Assembly: GCA_047967505.1 (NCBI GenBank)
Contig: CM106538.1
Length of the DNA: 64,000 nt
Reading direction: 5' to 3' (one strand)
Source: Dipteris shenzhenensis
Taxonomy: Eukaryota
Numbering within the stretch: position 1 is the stretch's first letter; every line of letters begins with the position of its first letter. Both the position numbers and the translations under genes were made by a program. The notes below the pieces were generated by a model. The model saw nothing but the letters and a program-made list of their open reading frames with translations. It searched no databases and was not told the DNA's origin. Below, one piece after another: positions 1-12,968 of this stretch.

Positions 1-2253
1 GGGCAGCACTTTTCAGGGCACACTTGAGCTTGTTGGCACGAAGTGACAATGAGTTCGAAATGATCTCGCTCGCACCGAAGCCCCCGACCCTCTTGGATAA
101 CTTGTTCGGGGAGTTACCACCTTGAGAAAACACAAACGATGACAAGGCCCCAACTAAAGGCCCTGTAGCCGCACCTGAAACACTCGAGCCAACACCACAA
201 TTGCAACCAACAAGTTGAATACATTCAAAAGGTATGCCTTGGAAGTTGAGAGAGAGAACAAGAAGAAGAAGAAGAAGAGAGATAAAGGGGGAGAAAAAAA
301 TAGTTGCTATTGAAGAAGAAGAAGAAGAAGAGAGAGAGAAAGGGGGATTTAAAAATGGGGACAAAATAGCAAACACCAATTGGATGAGGACAAAATTACA
401 ACGCCAAAAATAGCACTTTATCATCTCCACCAAAACCAACCCATCAGTATAGCCTTTCCTACGGGTAGGCCAAAAACGATCGTTGGTACCTCAATCGTCA
501 CCAAGCAACCCACTCCATTGCCGAGGATGACGTTGCGAGCCTGGAAGCCAACATGATCCACCCCAGAGGAGCCACAGGAGGGGACATACAGTGTCCCCGT
601 GTTCCCGCCCTTCCTATGTGGACACAAACTTGGGGAAACGTTGGCGCTCGAGATGAACTAGGCGTGCAAAATGTGGTTTGCTTCATGATAGATCACTTCC
701 TCCCACCAGCAGTCGCATGCTACCATTATGTTACTAATCACAGAGATTGGAAGAAGAGAACAAAACTCTCTAGGCGATGTTCGTCTCTTACATCCGCAAA
801 CCAAAAGTTCTAGCAAGATGATGCTAAGAAGACTCAAGTAACCAACGAAGGCCACCGCAATGTTCGAAGACGACGAAGCCAAGGCAGAGGTCACATGCCT
901 AGAAGACAAACTCAAGAAAATGAAGTAGGAAGGCCATAGAAGGAGGAAGTAAGCAAGGGAGGCTTGAGCAATCTAGCAGCAGAGTCAACAAAGAAAACCT
1001 CAACAAACTAATGTTCAGCTAACACCGCAGATAAAATCTTGAAAGGAATTTACTAGCAGAGAGACACATAGCAGCAGTTAGTAGAAGATCTGTTGTAACA
1101 ATAGCATAAGACTAGGCATATGTAAGGTAAATAGTAAATTTTACACCCAAAAATAAATTTTTATTATTATCAACTTAAGCCATGCAAGATTGGTCCCATG
1201 AAAGTTTACTTGGTCATTTGTGGGAACACATCTATTTTGGAAACTCCAATGATATTGAGAATATAACTTTTGAGAATGATAAGATGATATCCAATCCGAT
1301 AATCTCAAACGTAGGTTTTTTTAAGTAGATTAATCCTTAATAATTGATCCGATAGTCATGCGTGGATCCATAAAGAGGCATCAAGTGAATGTTCTATTTG
1401 ATAATGCAACTACTCACAATTTTATTGATTTCTCTGGTGCAAGAGTTGAAGCTGCCTATGGTGCGTAATGACCACTCTTCTGTGTGGTGAAGTTTTCTTG
1501 AGGGGATTTTGAGCATTTGGATCGTAGTGTACCTACAACTCCTTTATGAATTCATGAATATGAAGAGAATCTTTTCTTTTATCATGTTTGAAAATGAATC
1601 TCATAGATGTAAATTGTTTGGCAAAGAATGGTTCTTTCAATGGAACCTCATGTGGGTTACACTATTTTCTTTTCTACGTGCAGTTAGCATGTTACTGTAG
1701 AAGCTTACCCCATGGCCCTATGCCATAGTGTGTTAATAATGACAATTAGCTTTTATTGTATGATGCTCTGATGCCGTTATTCTTTATTAGTTGAATGGAT
1801 TTTGGTTGAATAATGCATGAACTTGATGTTATAGCTCATGTTTGTTTAATAAAATCAAGTTGTAAAACTATCTTTGCAATGCTAAAAATAGTTATTTTTA
1901 ATGCATTAATGAAGCAATTCATTTCGAAATTTGAACTGTTAATGTAGTAATATTGAATTTTTTGATAGCCATAATTCTTTTTTGCATGATGGAATTGAAA
2001 TGTTATACAATGGATTATGGATGTACTAGCAGGATTGTGGATTCAATCCAAGGTTTGATTCCCGCTGTTAGAGCTTCTTCCTGACTAATTTTTCATGCAA
2101 AAATTCAATGACACATCCTCAACTACCACCTCCAACAAACCTCTTGGTAGCATTAATTGGTGACATTTTTAGTCATGTAAATTCACTACTGATTAGCAAT
2201 AGAGATGACTAAAAAACCTACTAAACACAAGGATTTAAACATCTTGACAACAA

Positions 2254-2445
2254 TTGTTGCTCAGAACACCTTGGGGAATGGTGGGCCCCATACATCTATT
2301 TGTAAATTGCGCTCAAGCCCAATGCATAATTGTTGTCACGTATTATTTCACAAAATGGGCCAAAGTTAAAGCAATGAGGAAAGTAGATGCTAAAAGTGCA
2401 GTAAAGTTTCTCTATGCACAATTTATCACGAGATATGGTCAATGA
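2254..2445 (+). mobile_element. Ty3/Gypsy integrase (rve) fragment, degenerate
   Basis: Translation WGMVGPI...IIVVTYYFTKWAKVKA...DAKSAVKFLYAQFITRYG matches the Gypsy integrase consensus WGxDxxGP...YIIVAxDYxTKWxEA...AxFLxExIIxRFG. It is an isolated fragment. Confidence 0.8.
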
Positions 2446-4960
2446 TCAATGATAGCAAACTCAGGAAATACTATGATGCCTTTCCATGCATCATTAACCA
2501 CTCTGATGACTTCGGTTAAATGTATGTATGTATGTATGTAGTCCTATTGACACAATATTCTTGCCTTTATTGTGATCATTTCCTACACTCAATCTCTTCA
2601 ACCCTCAACTTACACCAGCTTCTATAGACCTCCAGTGGCCACACCCTCCTCGCATCGCTCAATAGTGCTGGGAAAGTACCATTGGCCTAGCATTTTCATG
2701 TGTGAAGTTGTCTGGCTTGATATTGCACTGCTAGCCCAACGCCATGATTATTCCATGGTGGGATAATTTGCAAAGACTTGCAAAGCAAGTTCCACCTATT
2801 GCAATCCCTTGACGACATGTGGGGACATACAAGGACCTCACGCCTCTCGTTGCCCACTGATAACCTCAATTGTGATGCAAGGAGGCCTTTCTAGTCCCAC
2901 CAGCCTCTCATTGGTTTTGGAGCGAGGCCACACCATTGCATTGATGTCGTGGATATCCAAAGGAGCAATCTATTACTTCAAACCTTTATCATCCAAACTA
3001 TCACAATTAGTACAAGGGGAAGGAGGATTTGGACTAAGCTAGGGTAGTTCAATATCCATATTTTTCCCCAATGAGAGAGGGTGAAATAGAAGAGGGGAGG
3101 GGGAATTCACAGATCAACTAATAGGAAGACATGTAGCCATGAGATAGTGGTAGGATAGAATTTGTATTAGGGTTTAACATTAGGGTTTTCCAGGATAAGT
3201 AGGGTTAAGCACCCATTTTCATAGCCACTCGTGTGCGTAAGCCTAGATAAGAATTGTGTGTGTGTGTGTGTGTGTGACGTACTACTTCAAAGAATCTACA
3301 TCTCCACTATTCCACATTCTTAGTCAAAGCTTTGCAAGGCCCATGGCAACCATTGCTTCATCAAGACTATGTTCACAAGTAAGTTATTTCTTAAGGGTGC
3401 AGAAAAGAGAATCACCATGTAAAGAGAAACACATTTGATTATTCTAGTTGCATTTTCATTTGGGAATCCAAGGGAACAATTTCTTGTCAATTCCTCCAAT
3501 GGTAAAACCCTAAGAACTTTTGAACTGAGCAAGCTTTAATGTAGTTCACGTTCTAGTTCTCACTGCAGACTCATACATTTATGTAAGTGTGTACAATAGG
3601 GTTGAGAATGCTGTGTCTCTCAGGGTGGTAGCAAGCTAAGGGTGTCCACTTTTTGACCACTTTCCATGGCTTGGGAGGGGGGAGAACATCCTTTTTTGCA
3701 CATAAATTGGGAAATCAGATCTAGTTCCCTAAGTAATTAATTCTCAAAGTCTTAAGACAAAACACCACACATGCCTTTGTGCACATAATGGTGTGATCCG
3801 ATCGAAAATTGGAGTTACTCATAAAAACTTTGTTTGCGGCCGACTTCAGGGTCATAGCACCTGTTAGACTTTTTCACAAATAGACACTATGACACTAAAT
3901 TCACAATTTCTCCCTTGTTATACATCAAATGATGGTGAGACTTGATAGGAAGTGTGTTCACATATGGTGGAACTTAACTTTATTTTTTGGAATTTTTTGG
4001 AAGGGCTTATATAAATAATACTAATTTTTGTAAATTTATGAAGAATAAAAAAAGGCACATTTTTTTGTACCACAACATTTTTTTAGTATTATGATTAATT
4101 GAACAAATCCACTTTGATAGAGGGTTAGTGGACATACAAGTTTTTGTGCTGTTTTACTTTCACTTGTTAGAGGAGTGGTAAAGGAAAAATGAAATAAATA
4201 TAATAATTTGTGCACATAACCAATTACGTCAAAATTCACACATATTAACCTCCTCCACGTGATGAATCCAAGGAAAAACATTTGGTTAATTTTGGCCTTC
4301 CCATGTTAAAATCCCCCTTTTAGGGAAAAGGGGCTAGCCAAACCAAGCCTAATTAGGCTTGGAAAGGTAGGCTTGGTAGATCACCAACCCTAGTGGCCGC
4401 CATTTGGGGGGTGGCATGGTGCACATGTGGAAGGCTGACTCATTAGACAGCTCATCTAAATTGCATCATCATCCCGGCATGTAGGCAAGTTTGACTATGG
4501 TCACCCATGCCACCTCCCCACCTCTTGCCACCTCACACATCATCAATGTCCACCTCATCAGGTCACCCTCTTCCACATCATCACACGAGCTACCGCATCA
4601 CCTTGCCACATCACAATGATTTGCCACCTCACCATTCTACATTTCTACCACCTCAACCACATGTGCCACCTCATCAAGCCACATCATAGGCATGGTTGGA
4701 GCCTAGTCATCAGTTAGCCACCACCACCTCAATCTTCCACCTCATCTTTGCCAACTCATCATTGCCACCTCGTGCTACCATATCATACCATGTCACATGC
4801 TTGGCCACCTCAACTTGCCACCTCATGCATGATGACCTTAGAGGCATGACACATGATGTGCCACCTCAGCAGCAGCAAGCATGGAGCCACATCACCCATC
4901 AACCATGCTCATGCATGCATGCCCATGCCAATCTTGAAAACGTGTGGTTATGCCAATATT

Positions 4961-5026
4961 CGTGGAATTTCCCCCGCCAAAAAATATGCGTGGAATTTCC
5001 CCCGCCAAAAATTATGCGTGGAATTT
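4961..5026 (+). repeat. 28-bp tandem repeat (about 2.4 copies) containing an E2F-like site
   Basis: CGTGGAATTTCCCCCGCCAAAAA(A/T)TATG starts at 4961 and 4989, with a partial copy at 5017. The reverse complement contains TTTGGCGG. Confidence 0.75.
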
Positions 5027-5789
5027 GATTCAATGATTAGCATAGGTGAACTATATTGAGCACTACATAACTATAACAATACACCATTTTTAAAGCATAG
5101 ATTAACGTATAATATTTGCAACATAATCAAGATGTTAGTACATAGCATTAGGTTAATATGGAAATAAAATTAAGTGAAAGCAAAATATTTGCATAACATA
5201 ATCAAAATGTTAGGACATACCATTAGGTTAATTTGGAAATAAATTAAAATTAAACATAATAATATACCATTATATTATGCAAACATGAAATCCGATAGGA
5301 TTAGATTCCTTTAAAATTAGTGTAAAAAAATAAAATTATGTCAAATTAGAAGAGCCACTTATTTTGGCGAATCACCACAACCACTAGATTTAGCCAATTT
5401 ACTAAATCCAATCAAGATTTAGATTAGAAGAGCCACCAAATCACCACAACCACTAGATTTAGCCAAACTACATCCAATGAAAGGCAATTAAATCCAATGA
5501 AGATCTAAGGGAGGATTTCCCAACCTCTCTATAAGAGACTACTTTTTTAGAACTCATTTCATGCATCCTTGTTTGGAGCCTCTCCATTCTTGCCTTCCCA
5601 TCACTTGTCACTTTCTCTTACCTTCATTAAGATGGCTTCTCAAAGTCGTAGATCTGATAGATGTGATAGAAGCAGGAATCCCCCTACTCATACTCTCGTG
5701 GACGAGGAGAGGAAGAGGAAGGCGCCTGAGCGAAACAGAGCCTCGAGAGTGAGAGCAGAGCTCGTGCTACTGATGATGCACCCTTACCC

Positions 5790-6240
5790 CCACCACCATC
5801 TCCCACCTCCAATTCCACCTCCACCCCCAACTCCCTCCCTCCCTCCTCCCCCTCTAGCCCCCCCCCCCCCACACACCTCCACCCCTCCCCTCCCCTCCCC
5901 CCCCCTCCCATGCATACTCTCTCCCCTCCCCCTCCCCCCCATACCCTCTCCACCTCCTTACTCCCCTTCACCTCTTCTCCCTCCACCCTTCCTCACCCCC
6001 CTCCCCCATCCACTTCCCTCCACTTCACCGAGTCTTCGTTTTCCTTACATCCCTCCCCCCCCCTTCTTGTTCCCTTCTCCATTATTCCCTCTAGCTCTTC
6101 CCCCTCCACTCTACCTCCCCACCCCTCCCCCCCCACCTCCCCCTCTAGCTCTACTCCCTCCACTCTACCTCCCACCCCTCCCCCCCCCTCCCCCTCCCCC
6201 TCTCCCTCCCCCTCCCCCTGCCCCCTCACCTCCCCCTTCA
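5790..6240 (+). repeat. C-rich low-complexity tract (G-rich on minus strand) upstream of the Sola-like transposase
   Basis: Near-continuous CCC/CCT runs that produce the poly-Pro and poly-Gly ORFs in the ORF track. Confidence 0.85.
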
Positions 6241-6248
6241 ACCTTGTG

Positions 6249-8988
6249 ATGGCTGACTTGCCTAGGACTACCATTCATCGTTGTGCTAGTAGGATAGTGG
6301 AGTCATTCTTCAGTGACATTACACCAGCTTCACAGTCAGCTCTACTATCTTGCTTTTGATAGATCACCCTACCTTGGTGGAGTGTAGGAGGCTTGCTGGC
6401 TCAGGGGGTTCACTCATCATATGTAACCCTATCACGTGAGTTCAACAGAAGGATTTTTTTTATTTCTAAAATTTACAGAAATAAATATACATAAGGGACT
6501 ATTTAAAATAGTTTTGGAAAAAATTTACAGATTTGTATAGAAAAGGGGTACATTTTATTAGTGAAAATTTTTACAGATAAGGGACTTTAAATATAGGCCT
6601 TGAATGCACGTGATATAGAGGGTTTATACATAGTGACCCCCCTGAGCTTGCTGGTCTTGTGCATCTAGAGATAGGGCAGTATGTAGTGATGTCCTTTCTA
6701 GTGTTCATCGGTCCTACGCATCCATCAAGCGTAGGAACACCACAGATGCCTTGGCAGCACGTTGTGCCATTATGCTGCCATTAGTAGACCGTAGATGGCT
6801 GGCCATGTACGCACCACATTGCGTTTCCTTGACATTGCACCACGCACATTGCAAGTAGGTATGATTAGGAGGCAGAGTCTAGAGGACCATGATGTTGATG
6901 CTCTTTGGGCTTTGAGTGGCCATGCACCTTGTAGCAATCGACTATTGGATGATTGCACTAGGTCCATCATACATCAGTTTTGGGAGGAGCATTGCAGGGT
7001 ATCTCCAGTGTTCAAGAAGGCAGTGCGAAAGAGGGTATCATGTGGTGTGTACATTGAGCATGGTGCATGTTTTTTGGAGTGTACCCAGACTCATTTGTAC
7101 ACTCAGTTTGTAGAGGTGCACACGGAGGTAAGGATTAAGAAAAGGTCATTTGAGCGGTGCAAGCCATGGTTTATGCGGTGCTCTAGAGAGTGTGACACGT
7201 GTTGTCGCTATCATGTTGATTTTGGATTGATGTATGCCGTATTTCGTTCCCTTGATGGTCATAGGGGAGTGGTTCCTACTAGCCCTCATGACTTCATTCA
7301 CTCCATATTGTGTGCATGAGATGGCAATACTTTGTACCACTCCCTTGATTGTGTAGAGGGGAGGTGTACAATGTGTGGTCACTTTGCTAGAGTGTTGCGA
7401 GTTCCGCTAGATGTCAGTGATGTGGAGATTGCGCGTTGGCAGCAGTACGAGTACATCGTGTTGACATTAGAACAGTCCAAGAGGTTGCAGCTTGTGGAGC
7501 AGCAGACTGCTTTCATTGATGCTTTCCGAGGGAAGTTGTACCACTACATACAGCACTCCCACACTACGAAGTGGGAGGATCGACAGTTTCAGGGCACATT
7601 TCTCATAGGGGTGGTTGTCTCGGTGGTGGACTTTGTGGAGAACTATACCTTTGCACCACAGCAGAGTTCCAATCGGAGTATTATTTTTCCGAACAGGTGA
7701 CATGTAAATGAGTATTGTTCTTACTTGTGTTTTCTTGTGCATTTCATTTATTTCTTTCCATCATCCTCATTGTTTTTTATGTGCCATCTTGTAGGTTGCT
7801 ATATTTGTGAATATTAGCTATCGTCATGCAGAGGCTCAGGGGGATGGCATTGATAGCACCATGGACTCGCGTGTCATTGTGTAGGAGTATCACTTCTACA
7901 TTAGTGATGATTGCTCGCATGATGCCCATTTTGTGCAGCATTGTTTCGGTCTCCTTGATAGTTTCTTGAGGGATCGGGGTGTGACATGACAGCAGCACTG
8001 GGTTTGGTCTGACGGTTGTGGTGGTCAGTTCAAGTCTGCTAGGTAGTTTTATTGGTTCTACATATGGCACCGCGAGATGGGCATTCCGGTGATGTGGAGC
8101 TACTTTGAGACAGGGCATGGTAAAGGAGAGCATGATGGGGCAGGTGCTTGCGTGAAGCGTTCTTTGCGGCAACACCAGTTGTGTCACAGTGCCGCTCGCT
8201 TTATGGATGCACACGATGTGGTGCAGTGGTGTACCAAGCACTTAGGCACTAGTGCATTGTCCTCGTATTAGTCGTGTGATGAAAGGTGGTCATATAGTTT
8301 TCCTAGTGTGTGGACGTAGGGAGCATTCATCAGTCTAGGCCTTTTGATTGTCGTACCGTGCCTGGCACTCTTGATTTACATTATATCAGGAGCACAAGTG
8401 ACACAGACCCCATGATCTTTTCTCGATGCTTTGCATGTTTTTGCTCAGCATGCATCGATGATGATTGGGGAGGTTGTTCCATGGTGCCATGGGCCGATCC
8501 ATGGATGCGACATGTACTTTCCCCCATCTAGCCCTGGGAGGTGGTACATGACGATCAGGAGATGCACAGTTCAGTTCTAGCAGTGATTACGATCAGTTGA
8601 CAGATCTCTTACGTATTGATGACATATTTGTGCTCATTGCTCCAGAGGGCAATCCTAAGCACATGGATTGCTATCTGTTGAGATGCTCTATGGTGAAGAG
8701 CGTGCTCAACTAGGATGCAGTGGACGGGCATGGGATCCATTTTGATGCTCACAGCATGATCATAGCTGGGTACTACTTTGAGCAGGTACATATGCATGGT
8801 CGCTTCTTCGAGTATTAGGAGTACATGGTAGATTGTGAGGTGTACATGTATTCCCATCTTTTTGTTGCGATCAGGATCTAGCTGACTCGTGTTCGCAGTT
8901 GCAAGATGACATCCACTCCTCGATGGCACCTTGCTCTTGAGGATCACGAGAACATACGCGGCTATTGGCATGAGAGTGGATTCTAAGT
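6249..8988 (+). mobile_element. Sola2-like DDD transposase pseudogene with spliceosomal intron(s)
   Basis: Three catalytic-type motifs in order: VDFVENY (~7626-7646), WSDGCGGQFK (~8005-8034) and ETGHGKGEHDGAG (~8107-8145). Upstream Cys clusters (CDTCC, CxxGxCxxCG) and a downstream CFCxxC are present. A GT..AG intron at ~7697-7793 joins YYFSEQ to VAIFV. There are several stops and frameshifts. The Sola2 assignment rests on recalled motif patterns. Confidence 0.75.
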
Positions 8989-9325
8989 AGTTTAGGGTAT
9001 ATCATTGTATTGGGGGTTTCTAGTTTATTACATCATTGTATTGGAGATCTATAGTTTCACATTGTGAGCACACCATTGTATTTTGCATGGAATTTTTTTA
9101 TGTATTTCACTGTAAACGACATGATTGGTTTTATACAATGTCATGCACATCTTGTATTTGACTCTATTTTATTCATTATCCCCATTGCCTCCTCCATTCC
9201 ATTCCTTGTTTTATCATCTCCAAGTGTTTATTATTATCAATGTTCCAATGGCATATCATGCTTTGGTGATTGAAGTGGTTGTTGTACGTGCATCATGCAA
9301 TAAAGGAATAATAAATTGTGTAAAC

Positions 9326-10087
9326 GATTTGCATGTCCATACATGTGTCCGATCGGGCTCAAAATTTGCACAGGTCCTAAACCCTATGGTTTCCATTCTC
9401 TTGCAAAGTTTGAGTCCCATCCAACACTGGATGTGGGCACGCGGAGGTCAGAGGGCCCATTTTAATCCTATGCACCTTGTTGCATCAGTGAAGGAGCAAA
9501 ATAAGGAATGGGTCATTCGGATTTGCATGTCCATGTGTCCGATCTGGCTCAAAATTTTCACAAGTTCTAAACCCTATGGTTTCCATGTTCTTGCAAAGTT
9601 TGAGTCCCATCCAACACCGGATGTGGGCACAGGGAGGTCAGAGGGCCCATTTTCACCCTATGCACCTCGTTGCATCAATGAAGGTGCAAAAAAATGGAAT
9701 GGGTCATTAGGATTTGCATGTCCATGTGTCTGATCGGGCTCAAAATTTGCACAGGTCCTAAAACCCATGGTTTCCATTCTCTTGCAAAGTTTAAGTCCCA
9801 TCCGACATCGGATGTGGGGACAACAAGGTCAGAGGGCCCATTTTCACCCTATGTACCTTGTTGCATCAGTGAAGGAGCAAAATAAAGAATGGGTCATTAG
9901 GATTTGCATGTCCATGTGTCCGATCGGGCTCAAAATTTGCATAGGTGGTAAACCCTATGGTTTCCATGCTCTTGCAAAGTTGAAGCCCATCCGAGACCAG
10001 ATGTGGGCACGGTGAGATCAGAGGGCCCATTTTTACCCTATGCACCTTGTTGCATCAGTGAAGAAGCAAAATAAGGAATGGGTCATA
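9326..10087 (+). repeat. Four-copy ~190-bp tandem array with an internal inverted repeat
   Basis: Units begin GATTTGCATGTCCAT at 9326, 9520, 9711 and 9901. Each unit contains the imperfect inverted pair CCGATCGGGCTCAAAATTTGCA ... TGCAAAGTTTGAGTCCCATCCG. Confidence 0.9.
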
Positions 10088-10308
10088 AGAGAGGATGGAA
10101 GAGGAAAGGAGAGGGGAGGAAGAGGGAAAATAGAGGAGGCAAAAGAGAGAAGAAAGGAGAGGAGGGGAAAGAGAGGAGTGAAAATAAGAGGGGAAAAGAA
10201 AATAAGAGGAAAAGAGCGGAAAAGAAAATAAGAGAGGAGGGGCATACGTGTCTTTGATATTTATAGAGTCTCGAGGCAAGCCGCATCATGATTGGCACAA
10301 GGTCTTAC

Positions 10309-10720
10309 AGGTATTCTACATATTAGCTTGAAAGAAGAGTAGAACTAAGATTGCGATGCTTTCATGTAACTTATATGATTGTGACACTTTGTTATAACTC
10401 CTTTGTTGCTTAGGTAATTTATCCTCCCAATTACAGTGAGAGGATGCTTATCAGAAGATGTTAGAAAAGCTATCTACAAGATCAGTGGCATTGTCAGGTA
10501 TGCTTACTATCATATCACACTCATTGTATTTCATACAATTTTAAATGATATGTAGAAAATATGAAATCTTATGGGTGCATGTCGAATAGGTGGATCTCAC
10601 AAAAAGAAAAATATATGTATCAAGCATCGAGAGGGCTAAGCTGGACTCCATTGAAGCTATGTGCTTGCTTGAGAAGCACTTTTCCTCAAGCATTATGATG
10701 ACTCAGGTGCACTTGCTTGT
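10309..10720 (+). mobile_element. CACTA/EnSpm TnpD (DUF4218 region) fragment with introns
   Basis: Exons FILPITVRGCLSEDVRKAIYKISGIVR and WISQK...EAMCLLEKHF...QVHLLV are homologous to the TnpD copies at ~15.8-16.1 kb and ~55.8-56.1 kb and have the same intron positions. Confidence 0.75.
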
Positions 10721-10814
10721 AAGCTGTAAGATGACACAATTTGCAGAGGGGTTAGTACAAAGAAACAACCTCCTAATAAACCACATAAACACAATATAAT
10801 TTGAGATCGATACT

Positions 10815-11790
10815 TACAAACTGGGTCTCCCATGATTCAACACCCCCTGCTCTAAAATGCACGTTTCCATATTGGTCCATTGGGATCCTTCGTGCCTCCA
10901 TGTGCTGTAGACTGGGGTCTGCCTTTGCTGCCTTCATTGCTTTCTTTCACTCACGCTTGTGAGCGGCTAGCCCCTTGGTGGTTGACCTCCCTCTCTCTTG
11001 GCAATCTCGGCTAGTGCCTGCCTCTTAAGCGAAGATCTTTTCTTGGCAAGTATCATAACAATGTTTGACTTGGCCCATTTATCTGTGAACTGAACATTGG
11101 GGGGATTGGGATACCTATAGCGAACAGTAGCAAGCGTCTCATCAACCAACCTTTTTGGCCTGTCTTTGTAGTGAATAAAGCAATCTCTATAATTATTAGC
11201 AATTACAGAGCACATGAAGGCCATGATGTCCTTCCCTTGTGCATCCATCAAGATGCCTCCTATTTGAGTGATGTCATAAAAGATCATAGCATCACCCTTT
11301 GGCATGTCTGCATCATCTGAATCATCCTTGCCCCCACCATTACCCCCCCCCAAAGCACTGTGCCATGCATCTCCCACCACTCTCCCTGCTACTACGCTTG
11401 CTGCCCTATCGTGTCGAGCTAGTACGTTGGCCACTCGTAGCTGGAGAAGTGACTCTCGATTGCACGAGTACATTGCACGAGTACACCGGTAGCTTTGCGA
11501 GGCAGAAGGGCCTCCTAACTGCAAGAGGGGAGAAGGGGCTCGGCTCTGTAGCCAGCTGGGGTATCTTGACTCCATTGGGGTAATCTCAACTAGTGTGGGG
11601 TTGGGGTGGTTTGGAGTCTGTACTGGTGACTCCTAGGGGGTGTTTAGAGTACCCGTCATGTATGTGTATAACTCCCCAGGAGTGGGAGGGTGTCCCAAAA
11701 TGTTATATAACTCCCAAAATATGGCATCCCGAAGATCAGGTGAGACTGAAGAGCTTCCTAGCCACATGATGAACTGAAGAAAAGAAAAGA
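10815..11790 (-). pseudogene. Putative CACTA accessory ORF (TnpA/Ptta-like), divergent from TnpD
   Basis: The 202-aa ORF 10967-11575 continues after a disruption into ...QHMEARR...GNVHFRAGGVESWETQF, which ends at a GTAAGT donor. It lies head-to-head with TnpD inside the CACTA region. The family assignment is inferred from context. Confidence 0.45.
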
Positions 11791-11952
11791 AGAAGATTAC
11801 CATCGAGCATGCCCTCTTTCCATCATGCAAAAGAAAAAATAGAGTGACAGCCTGACATTGAGCAAGCATTTATAAGCTCTTGCATTCTTTGAATTAGAGT
11901 GACAGAAGTCTGTATCTGCTTGCTCAATGTCAGGCTATTGAAGCTTCATGTG

Positions 11953-12724
11953 GGGAAAAAGAGAGAAGGAAAGAGAGGAGAAAAGAGAGAAAAAGAGAGG
12001 AGAAAAAAGAGAGAGAAAAGAGAGGAGAAAAAAGAGAGAGAAAAAGAGGAGATAAGAGAGAAAAAGAGAGCAAGTAAAAAGAAAAAAAGTGAGGATAAAA
12101 GAGAGAAAAGGAGAGAAGGAAAGAGAGAGGAAAAGAGAGAAAAATAGAGGAAAAGAGAGGATAAAAAAGAGAGAAAAAGAGAGGAGATAAGAGAGAAAAA
12201 GAGAGGAGAAAAGAGAGGAAAAGAGACAAAAAGAGAGGATAAAAGAGAGAAGGAAAAAGAGAGAAAAAGTGTGGATAAAAGAGAGAAAAAGAGAGAAGGA
12301 AAGAGGGCAAAATAGAGGAGAAAAAAGAGAGAAAAAGAGAGGAGATAAGAAAGAAAAAGAGAGGAGAAAAGAGAGGAAAAGAGACGAAAAGAGAGGATAA
12401 AAGAGAGAAGGAAAAAGAGAGGAAAAGTGAGGATAAAAGAGAGAGAAAAAGAGAAGGAAAGAGAGTAGAAAAGAGAGGAGAAAAAAGAGAGAAAAAGAGA
12501 GGAGATAAGAGAAAAAAAGAGAGGAGAAAAGAGAGGAAAAGAGACGAAAAGAGAGAAGGAAAGAGAGGATAAAAGAGAGAAGGAAAAAGAGAGAAGGAAA
12601 GAGATGAGAAAAGAGAGGAAAAGAGAGGAGAAAAAAGAGAGGAGATAAGAGAGAAAAAGAGAAGAGAAAAGAGAAGGAAAGAGAGGAGAAAAGAGAGAAA
12701 AAGAGAGGAAAAAAGAGGAAAGAA
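11953..12724 (+). repeat. ~770-bp near-pure purine (GA-rich) tract
   Basis: Degenerate AAAAGAGAGGAG-type units, with pyrimidines almost absent on the + strand. Confidence 0.95.
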
Positions 12725-12796
12725 GAATGCTCCATCATGCATGCCCTCTTTCTTTATCCCGCCCTCATGCTTCAGTCTAATTTTGCTCTTTCTTGG

Positions 12797-12968
12797 ACCC
12801 GCCCTCATGCAATCACTTATTTCCATCATTCATGCAATCCCTTATTTCCTCACCAATGCAATCCCTTTCTTCATTCATGCAATCCCTTTCCATCATTCAT
12901 GCAATCCCTTTCTTCATTCATGCTATTCATGCAATCACTTATTTCCATCATTCATGCAATCCCTTTCT
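12797..12968 (+). repeat. Short tandem repeats of the TCATTCATGCAATC(C/A)CTT type
   Basis: The motif CATGCAATC recurs about every 21-24 bp. Confidence 0.8.

Noticed and set aside
421-1100. Protein-coding gene in the first kilobase
   Set aside because: Only short ORFs without a recognisable motif. Probably a TE-internal relic that I cannot assign.
3160-3515. Telomeric repeat / telo-box cluster
   Set aside because: Only a few dispersed TAGGGTT/AACCCTA motifs, not a tandem array.
5061-5070. CACTACATAA as the left TIR partner of the CACTA end at 18026
   Set aside because: Poor match beyond CACTACA, the flanking triplets differ (GAG vs ATT), and no subterminal repeats follow.
5569-6359. Extensin/proline-rich or glycine-rich protein genes
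   Set aside because: These ORFs arise from a C-rich low-complexity tract that is open in several frames on both strands, with no signal peptide or regular SPPPP/Tyr motifs. At most it is part of the transposase 5' region.
11899-12829. Long Phe/Ser/Leu or Lys/Arg/Glu ORFs (membrane or coiled-coil proteins)
   Set aside because: Artefacts of the GA/TC tract. The same applies to 42569-43739 and 23233-23779.
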